From Candidatus Zixiibacteriota bacterium (GTDB lineage Bacteria; Zixibacteria; MSB-5A5; GN15; FEB-12), in assembly GCA_036826635.1 (NCBI GenBank), contig DAISVY010000003.1, positions 31,180-95,179 on the forward strand: 64,000 nucleotides of DNA, given 5' to 3'. The notes beneath the pieces are model-generated. The model was not told the origin of the DNA and did not search any database. It saw only the letters and a list, made by a program, of their open reading frames with translations. Made by a program: the position numbers and the translations under genes. Within the stretch, counting starts at the first letter, position 1; each line of letters opens with the position of its first letter. Of this stretch, positions 57,306-64,000 are shown in pieces.

Positions 57306-58295
57306 TTGACCGGTATGAGCAGGGACCCGGAAGACAGGAAATCGCTGTCCTTTGATGTGGCCAGTGTCGATCAGCGATTGCTGTTTGGTCAGAACGACAT
57401 CTTCCTTCGTGTTATCGAAACACGCTTCGATGTCAAGATAGTCGCGCGGGGTGAAGCGGTGATAATCGAAGGTCCGCCGGGACAGGTGGATCAGGTCAAT
57501 CGACTGCTTCAGGACCTGGTTACCCGGGTACGGTACGGAGATTTTATAACCGATCAGTACCTCAACTATGCGATAAGCATGGTTAAGGAAAACGGACTTG
57601 GTCCGGCCGGGGAAATCTCCACCGAGGCTCTGCTGACCAGTTCGCTCAAGAAGATCATCAAGCCGAAAACTATTGGGCAGACCCGTTACGTTGAAGCCGT
57701 CGACAAAAACGACATCGTCTTTGCCATCGGCCCGGCCGGTACCGGCAAGACTTACCTTGCCTGCGCCATGGCGGTGGCCGAACTTAAGGCCAAGAAAGTC
57801 AACCGTATCGTTTTCACCCGTCCGGCGGTCGAGGCCGGGGAAACGCTGGGGTTTCTTCCCGGGGACATCAGGGCCAAGGTCGACCCTTACCTCAGGCCGG
57901 TTTACGATGCTTTGTATGATATGCTCCAGCCGGACAAGATTAGAAAACTTCTGGAGATAGGTGTTATCGAGATCGCGCCGCTGGCTTTCATGCGCGGCCG
58001 GACGCTGAATGAAGCTTTCGTGGTGCTTGACGAGGCCCAAAACACGACCAGCGCCCAGATGAAGATGTTTCTTACCCGTATCGGGGAGAAGTCAAAGGCG
58101 GTCGTTACCGGCGACATTACCCAGGTCGATCTCCCTGAGCGTCGGGCTTCGGGGTTGATTCGGGTGCAGAAAATCCTTGCCGGGATACCCGGTATTGAGT
58201 TTTTGTACCTGACGGAAAAGGATGTCATCCGCCACCGGTTGGTTCAGGACATTATAAAGGCCTACGAGCGGCACGAAACCAGGCGGAAAAAGTAG
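57306..58295 (+). CDS. phoH: PhoH-family ATPase (YbeZ-like)
   Basis: GPAGTGKT, RPAVEAGE.LGFLPG, PLAFMRGRT, LDEAQN, GDITQVDLP, RHRLV. Confidence 0.95.
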   Translation: MTGMSRDPEDRKSLSFDVASVDQRLLFGQNDIFLRVIETRFDVKIVARGEAVIIEGPPGQVDQVNRLLQDLVTRVRYGDFITDQYLNYAISMVKENGLGPAGEISTEALLTSSLKKIIKPKTIGQTRYVEAVDKNDIVFAIGPAGTGKTYLACAMAVAELKAKKVNRIVFTRPAVEAGETLGFLPGDIRAKVDPYLRPVYDALYDMLQPDKIRKLLEIGVIEIAPLAFMRGRTLNEAFVVLDEAQNTTSAQMKMFLTRIGEKSKAVVTGDITQVDLPERRASGLIRVQKILAGIPGIEFLYLTEKDVIRHRLVQDIIKAYERHETRRKK

Positions 58296-58319
58296 GAAGG
58301 CGACAAGGAAGATCGCCCT

Positions 58320-60575
58320 ATGTTTGCTATACTGCTGCGACTAAAACGCAAGATCAAGAAGCTGCTGAAGGTTCAGACCGAAAGTCGGCAAACTCTTCAG
58401 CCCACGGCGCGTTCGCGCACTACCAAGATCGTCATTTTGCTGGCGATTTCCGTATCCATCGGTGTGCTGTATCCGGGCGAGGTGCTCTACGATCCGCTGG
58501 ACATGCCGCATCGGGGGGAGATTGCGTCCGAGGACATCGTGGCGCCTTTCCAGATCTCCATCTACAAGAGCGACGATGAAGTTAAGGACGAACGGGCGCA
58601 GGTCCGGCAGTATACGTCTTATATCCTTGATGCCGATACGATGGTGGTCCGTCAGGCTATCGATAGCCTGGGTAGTTTCTTCGGTTTGGTGGAACGATTT
58701 CGGGCCGCGGACAGCGTTGCCCGGGCTCAACAGCTCCCTGAGGTAACGGATTCTTTGGCTCAGCGCTTCCCGATGCTTAGCAAGACCGCCATTTCCCGTT
58801 CCCTGGCCGGACAAGTTGATTTTCAACGGGCATTGCAGACGCTCACTCAGATATATCAAACGCAGATTTACCGGGTCGGGGTGCTGCGCAGCCTGACCGA
58901 ACTACCGGAATCCAGAAACCGTCTGGTGCTGGTCAGGCGAGGAGGCGAGGAGAACATATACGAGCGTGGTCGGGTGCTGGATATTCCTCTGGCATACGCG
59001 CGTTTGTTGACGGCTCTGAATCAGGTCCCGGTCCGCGACGGTGTCGATGTTGAACTGTACTATCTGGTGGGGCGCAATTTCATCCTGCCGAATCTGACCG
59101 TTAACATGGCCGAGCACGAGCGACGTGTTCAGGGAGAACTCAGCGAGCTGTCCAATGTCAAAGAGGTGGTCAATGCCGGTGACGTGATCGTTTCGGCACG
59201 CCATAAGGTAACCGAGCGCCAGGAAGAAGTGTTGCATGAAATGGCGCGGATCATGCGGGTCGAAGCATCCCGGCAGGGACGTCTCGTGGCCTTGTTGCCG
59301 GCTCTGGCTAGAATTATTCTGGCTCTGGCCGCTTTCACGGCTTTGTATCTTTTCCTTTTCTTCTTCCGTCCTGACATATACCGGTCGAATCCCAAGATTC
59401 TGGCTCTTGTTCTGGTTTTCGCCTTGCAGATGTTTTTGCTGTATCTGGTCAATCTTCTCGGGCTCAAATCGATATATATTTACCCGGTGGCGATTTTGCC
59501 CATCATGGTTACGATCTTGTTCGATGCCGAGGTGGGTATTCTGAGTACCATTGTTCTGGCTTTGCTGCTGGGGGTGATGCACCGCTTTAGCTTCTCTCTG
59601 ACGCTTCTGACGGCCGTGATTGGGTTTGTCGGTTGTCTGACATCGCGACAGGTGCGCAAACGCTCTCATTTCTATCGCATAATGTTCGCTATCGCGCTTG
59701 CGTACATCGTTCTCATATTCCTGGTGGAAAGCTTGAAGCTAACCCCCAACGCCGAGATTCTAACTGAAATGGTCTACGGTTTGTCGATAAGCATATTGTC
59801 GGTGTTGGTGATTATCGGGACACTTCCGGTTTTCGAGTCGCTCTTCGGTATTACTACCGACATTACCCTGCTGGAACTCTCGGACCTCAACAATCCGGTC
59901 CTTCGGCGCCTGTCAATCGAGGCTCCGGGAACTTACCATCATTCGATTTCGGTGGGGAATCTGTGCGAGGCCGCCGCCGAGGCAATCGGCGGGAATGCAT
60001 TGCTGGCCAGGGTGGGCGCATATTATCATGATATCGGCAAGATAGAGATTCCCGAGTATTTCGTCGAGAATCAATTCAGTGTGCGTTCCAAACACGAGTC
60101 GCTGACTCCCTCGATGTCATCGCTGATTCTGTCGTCGCACGTCAAGAAGGGCAGACAACTTGGAGAAGAAGCCGGCCTTCCCGACGAAGTGCTGAATTTC
60201 ATCGAAGAACATCACGGCACCATGGTGATGTCGTATTTCTATCATAAGGCCCGCGAGCAGGAAGGTGACGGGGTGGCAACCGAGAAATACCGTTACCCCG
60301 GTCCTCGTCCACAAACGCGCGAGACCGGTATCGCCATGCTGGCTGACGCGGTCGAGGCGGCCAGCCGCACACTTGATGATCCCAAACCGGCCCGTATTCA
60401 GGGATTGATTCAGCGGATTATCAATGATCGTTTCCAATCCGGGGAACTTGACGAGTGTCCGCTTACCCTTCGTGACCTTGCCCGTATCAAGGAGTCTTTC
60501 ACGCAGGTTCTGGTGGCGGTTTTTCATCACCGTGTCAGGTATCCGGCTCCCGACGAGGGACCCAAGGGCTCATGA
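58320..60575 (+). CDS. 7TM-HD phosphohydrolase (PgpH-like cyclic-dinucleotide phosphodiesterase)
   Basis: Large extracytoplasmic domain, about seven TM helices, EAPGTYHHS, YYHDIGK, EHHGT, YPGPRP, LADAVEAASR. Confidence 0.92.
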   Translation: MFAILLRLKRKIKKLLKVQTESRQTLQPTARSRTTKIVILLAISVSIGVLYPGEVLYDPLDMPHRGEIASEDIVAPFQISIYKSDDEVKDERAQVRQYTSYILDADTMVVRQAIDSLGSFFGLVERFRAADSVARAQQLPEVTDSLAQRFPMLSKTAISRSLAGQVDFQRALQTLTQIYQTQIYRVGVLRSLTELPESRNRLVLVRRGGEENIYERGRVLDIPLAYARLLTALNQVPVRDGVDVELYYLVGRNFILPNLTVNMAEHERRVQGELSELSNVKEVVNAGDVIVSARHKVTERQEEVLHEMARIMRVEASRQGRLVALLPALARIILALAAFTALYLFLFFFRPDIYRSNPKILALVLVFALQMFLLYLVNLLGLKSIYIYPVAILPIMVTILFDAEVGILSTIVLALLLGVMHRFSFSLTLLTAVIGFVGCLTSRQVRKRSHFYRIMFAIALAYIVLIFLVESLKLTPNAEILTEMVYGLSISILSVLVIIGTLPVFESLFGITTDITLLELSDLNNPVLRRLSIEAPGTYHHSISVGNLCEAAAEAIGGNALLARVGAYYHDIGKIEIPEYFVENQFSVRSKHESLTPSMSSLILSSHVKKGRQLGEEAGLPDEVLNFIEEHHGTMVMSYFYHKAREQEGDGVATEKYRYPGPRPQTRETGIAMLADAVEAASRTLDDPKPARIQGLIQRIINDRFQSGELDECPLTLRDLARIKESFTQVLVAVFHHRVRYPAPDEGPKGS

Positions 60576-61012
60576 AGCTGGCTGTATACAAAGAGATTTC
60601 CGCTCGAGTTCCGATATCCGGTATTCGCCATCTGTTCGAGATGGTTACCGAGGAGGAGGCCGATCCCGACTGGCCTGCTCAGATCAATCTGGTTTTTACT
60701 ACCGACCGTAAGATGCGCGCTTTGAACCGGGAGTTTCGCTCCCTCGACAAAAGCACGGATGTTCTCTCGTTCAATCTCGATTCTCCGCGCGAGCCCGGGG
60801 CTGTTTTCGGTGAGATCTATATTTCGGTCCCTCGCGCGCGGGCTCAGGCCCGGGCCTACGACGGCCGACTTTGGGGAGAATATCTTCGTCTTTTCTGCCA
60901 CGGGCTGCTTCATCTTTTCGGTTATGATCATGTTGATGCCCGGGGAAGGGCACGTATGGAAAAACAGCAGGACCGCTATTTACAATCTCTGAAGGAAACC
61001 GGGGTGTTATGA
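60572..61012 (+). CDS. ybeY: rRNA maturation endoribonuclease YbeY
   Basis: LNREFR..DKSTDVLSF, GEIYI, HGLLHLFGYDH. Confidence 0.95.
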   Translation: MKLAVYKEISARVPISGIRHLFEMVTEEEADPDWPAQINLVFTTDRKMRALNREFRSLDKSTDVLSFNLDSPREPGAVFGEIYISVPRARAQARAYDGRLWGEYLRLFCHGLLHLFGYDHVDARGRARMEKQQDRYLQSLKETGVL

Positions 61013-62271
61013 TACTGCTGCTATCACTGCTGGTCGTTGTTATGGCTTTTCTTTCGGCGTACGTGGTGTCGCTTTATTCTCTGGCCACATACATCGATCC
61101 TGATGATTTCCGTGCTCTTATGCCGGGGATGTCGGAGCGGCGTCAGCGCCTGTTGATGAAACTGGCCGGTGATCCCCGGGCTTTCGTGCAGGTCGCCACT
61201 GTTTATCGTTCGTTTTCACTTATTGTCAGTACCGTAGGTTCGTTGCTTGCGATTGATTGTCTGGTGACGGACGCCGGGGCCAATCCGCACTATTTCTACC
61301 CGGTCGGGTTGATCGTCGTGTGGATTCTGCACATTCTCTTTATTGAATATCTGCCTCGGCGCCTTTCTCGGCGGGCTCTCGACAAAGGGATCATTCGCTA
61401 TCTTCGGCTGATTACTTTTATCTATGTTGTATTTTCGCCGATTGTTCGACTCTATCGCCAGGCCCTTGCCCGCCCCCGGCATGACGACAAGGTCACGGAG
61501 GAAGAGAAAGAAGAAATTGTCGAACGAGCCATTGAAACCTTGGCCGAACAGGCCGGTATCGGTGAAGCGATTATCGAGGAAGACGAGAAGGAGATGATCG
61601 GCCAGATCTTTCTGCTGGATCAAACTCAGGTGCGGGAGATCATGGTTCCGAGGATGGATATAACGGCGATTGAAAAATCTACCGGATTCGCCGCTATTCA
61701 GGATTTGGTGCGGGCCGAGGGCTATTCGCGCTATCCGGTGTACGAGGAAACCATCGATAAGGTGATTGGCATGTTATATGTGAAGGACATTTTCAGCAAC
61801 ATGCCCAAACCCGGCGAGGAGTTTGTCATCTCCAATTATCTTCGCACGCCTTTCTTTGTGCCTGAGTCCAAGGTTATCGGTGATCTTCTCAGGGAGTTCC
61901 GGTCTCGCAAACTTCACATCGCCGTGGTCGTGGACGAGTATGGCGGAGTGGCCGGCCTGGTCAGCCTGGAGGATATTCTCGAGGAAATTGTGGGGGAGAT
62001 ACAGGACGAACACGACACGGAAGAGGCCGAAATCCGCGTTCTTTCCGACGGTCGCTATTTGGTGGATGCCTCGGTCCGTGTGGACAAGCTCCAGAAAGAA
62101 CTCGATATTGAACATGAGCAAGACGATCTGGACACGGTTGGCGGCCTGATATACGACTTGGTAGGCTCCGTGCCGGACGAAGGCGCAAAGGTCAAATGGC
62201 GCAACCTGGAATTCGAGATCGGCCGGGTAGACGGCCAGCGCATTATGACAGTTAAAGTGCGAAAACGCTGA
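61009..62271 (+). CDS. Hemolysin-family/CorC-like protein (CNNM TM + CBS pair + CorC_HlyC)
   Basis: N-terminal TM helices, [52 protein letters not shown]. Confidence 0.9.
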   Translation: MILLLSLLVVVMAFLSAYVVSLYSLATYIDPDDFRALMPGMSERRQRLLMKLAGDPRAFVQVATVYRSFSLIVSTVGSLLAIDCLVTDAGANPHYFYPVGLIVVWILHILFIEYLPRRLSRRALDKGIIRYLRLITFIYVVFSPIVRLYRQALARPRHDDKVTEEEKEEIVERAIETLAEQAGIGEAIIEEDEKEMIGQIFLLDQTQVREIMVPRMDITAIEKSTGFAAIQDLVRAEGYSRYPVYEETIDKVIGMLYVKDIFSNMPKPGEEFVISNYLRTPFFVPESKVIGDLLREFRSRKLHIAVVVDEYGGVAGLVSLEDILEEIVGEIQDEHDTEEAEIRVLSDGRYLVDASVRVDKLQKELDIEHEQDDLDTVGGLIYDLVGSVPDEGAKVKWRNLEFEIGRVDGQRIMTVKVRKR

Positions 62272-62459
62272 TATCTTCTCCTGATTCCCTTCACACGGTC
62301 CGCGACATAGAAAACAAATCACCAACCGTTCGTGTTATCTCATTACAGTAATACAAGATAGGTTGTGATAATCGAACCTTGATCCGGGGGTTCGGATGGT
62401 TCCAAAATCGAGGGATAAGAGACCGTTGAGCGCAAATCCTGCGATCCTTAAGATATTGC

Positions 62460-62488
62460 TTGACAAGGCGATAACCTTTTGCTATTCT
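62460..62488 (+). promoter_or_regulatory. Sigma70-type promoter
   Basis: TTGACA-N17-TATTCT upstream of the small secreted peptide gene. Confidence 0.7.
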
Positions 62489-62607
62489 ACTTGTGGCAGA
62501 ATGTGCGCTGGCCCGAAGTTGGTTGGTGTGATCAGGCAAGGGGACTTTTAAGGTATATGGTCGACCTGCCGACAGGGTCAGGATAAAATAATGAGGAGGT
62601 ATGGTTT

Positions 62608-62898
62608 ATGAACGGCAGAAGGTTGGCAACAGTAATGCTGTTGTTGGTTTTGCTTGCCATATGTTTTGTCTCAGCGCCGGTTTTTTCGGGTGAACATCCC
62701 TGGGATGCGGACCTTGTCGATGTTGATAAAGGCGGCGATGATTTTGATCCGTTTGCGGGAGGGGATCAGGATCAGGATACCCTGAATAGCAACGATGAGA
62801 CCCCGGAGGGCCCGAAGGAGGGAGACGGGTCATCGTTCGAATTCTCGGATATTCTGGATGCGGCTGCGGATGTCATTATTTGGATTATCACCAATTAG
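62608..62898 (+). CDS. Small secreted acidic peptide/protein (96 aa)
   Basis: GAGGAGG RBS; Sec signal peptide ending APVFS; mature part begins GEHPWD, is Asp/Glu/Gly-rich and ends with amphipathic ILDAAADVIIWIITN. Confidence 0.8.
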   Translation: MNGRRLATVMLLLVLLAICFVSAPVFSGEHPWDADLVDVDKGGDDFDPFAGGDQDQDTLNSNDETPEGPKEGDGSSFEFSDILDAAADVIIWIITN

Positions 62899-63029
62899 CC
62901 GGACCGTGTCCGATTCCGAACGTGGCTGCTAAATGCGAGTGTTGAGTGTGAGCTTCGAGACACAAACAGTGATCGATCAGGTTTCGGATGACCTGAGGAC
63001 AAAAGCGAAACCAGGAAGAGATAACACAA

Positions 63030-64000
63030 ATGGCTGCATCCTCACAAAAATTCGCCTTTGATAACCGTCTCTTGGCAATTGAGGAATTGTTCCGTCAGCG
63101 AAAGTATGATGCTTCCCATCAGGAGTTGCAGCTCCTCTCCGAGAGTAATTTTACTGAAGACGATTACCAGTTAGGGCTTTATCTGGCCCTGAAGGCCGAC
63201 GATGCGTTTGCGCAGGGAGAATACCGTCAGGCCTTCGAATTCGGCCTGCGAGGCGCTAAGATACTGGCCGATTTCCCCTTGAATCGGCGTTATGCCCGGG
63301 TGTTGCTGGTGCTGTCAAAGGCATATTCTTCTACCGGTGATCTGAAAAATGCGGAAACCAAAGCCTACGATGCTCTGGCTTCATACCGTCGTGCCGCGGA
63401 TGCGATCGGGCAGGTTGATGCTCTGAACGAGTTGGCCCGAATCGCCTTTATCCGTTCCGATCTGGGGGCATCGTGTGGTTTTCTCGATGATGCTATTGCG
63501 CTGGCCCGGGGTGATGAGCGTAAGGTGGCGCAGTTGACCGGTAATGCCGGTCGAATCCGCATTCTTTCGGGTGAATGGGCGCACGCGGAAGCGGAGTTGA
63601 AAACCGCTCTGGAGTATTTTGAAAAGCACGACGAACCGATTTCCTGCGCTATTAACCTGCTTTCGCAGGGATATCTCCATATACGTCGGCGCGAGTTTGT
63701 CTTTGCCGAGCGCTGCCTGAATCGGGCGGCAACTCTGATTGAAGAACACGATCTTAAACGTGAGCGGGTGATATATTTTGAATACTCCGGCGAACTGGCG
63801 CTGGAGAAAGGTGATACTTACAAAGCCAAATCGTTCCTGACCGAAGCATACCGGCAGGGCAGGCTTCTGGCTCCGGAATCATCGCTGGTTTCTCAGGCGG
63901 GACGTCGTCTGGCGGAGGTGGAACTGACCCTGGACAATGTTGACGAGGCGATGAAATACGGTCAGAAAGCATTGGAGCTGGCTGTTCGGATCGGTGAAAA
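63030..64000 (+). CDS. TPR-repeat protein, 3' end outside the window
   Basis: Open frame from ATG 63030 to the window end (MAASSQKFAFDNRLLAIEEL...LSKAYSSTGDLKNAE...NELARIAFIRSDL...GNAGRIRILSGEWAHAE...); tandem TPR-like helices, no signal peptide. Not in the ORF track. Confidence 0.85.
   Translation, partial: MAASSQKFAFDNRLLAIEELFRQRKYDASHQELQLLSESNFTEDDYQLGLYLALKADDAFAQGEYRQAFEFGLRGAKILADFPLNRRYARVLLVLSKAYSSTGDLKNAETKAYDALASYRRAADAIGQVDALNELARIAFIRSDLGASCGFLDDAIALARGDERKVAQLTGNAGRIRILSGEWAHAEAELKTALEYFEKHDEPISCAINLLSQGYLHIRRREFVFAERCLNRAATLIEEHDLKRERVIYFEYSGELALEKGDTYKAKSFLTEAYRQGRLLAPESSLVSQAGRRLAEVELTLDNVDEAMKYGQKALELAVRIGE

Noticed and set aside
57306-62271. phoH-7TM/HD-ybeY-corC-like cluster as a novel system
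   Set aside because: This is a well-known, widely conserved gene arrangement.
62317-62395. Imperfect inverted repeats after the corC-like gene
   Set aside because: Interrupted stems with no T-tract or recognisable family; most simply a termination or stability structure.
62494-62508. Sigma54-like TGGCAGAATGTGCGC before the peptide gene
   Set aside because: Poor -12 element; a near-consensus sigma70 promoter just upstream explains transcription.

Overview
A 64 kb bacterial chromosomal window, mostly GC-rich and gene-dense. The Cys-flanked dockerin-like C-terminal domains, FlgD/T9SS-like sorting tail and PorV-like gene suggest an FCB-associated candidate phylum such as Zixibacteria (inference, not verified). 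From left to right: (1) the end of a histidine kinase and an NtrC-family activator, followed by two envelope-protein units, each with a near-consensus sigma54 promoter and a matching tandem enhancer; (2) a sensor-less HisKA_3 kinase/NarL pair, amtB and a putative porin; (3) an OlsF-like acyltransferase; (4) a small AT-richer islet with a K+ channel remnant and a stand-alone HsdR_N-type nuclease; (5) a four-gene ECF sigma / zinc anti-sigma-like / TPR-CHAT protease / secreted S8 protease module; (6) a secreted protease cluster (twin-dockerin membrane-anchored protein, C25 gingipain-like, C1A papain-like); (7) archaeal-type gatE-gatD; (8) a heterodimeric ABC exporter with a leader terminator, a REC protein and a binding-protein/TolC fusion; (9) pgsA-like gene, tRNA-Glu(CTC), Lon-like protease, a candidate sRNA, a peptidase/propeller/Omp85 protein, murA, DUF4416, hutU, hutI, LptE-like and PorV-like genes; (10) aspS-phoH-7TM/HD-ybeY-corC-like; (11) a small secreted acidic peptide followed by a TPR protein that runs off the window. 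No CRISPR array, rRNA, integrase or transposase was seen. The best candidates for a new or unexpected system are the ECF/anti-sigma/TPR-CHAT/S8 module, bacterial GatDE, and the peptide-TPR pair. All family assignments come from motif recognition by eye; no searches were run.
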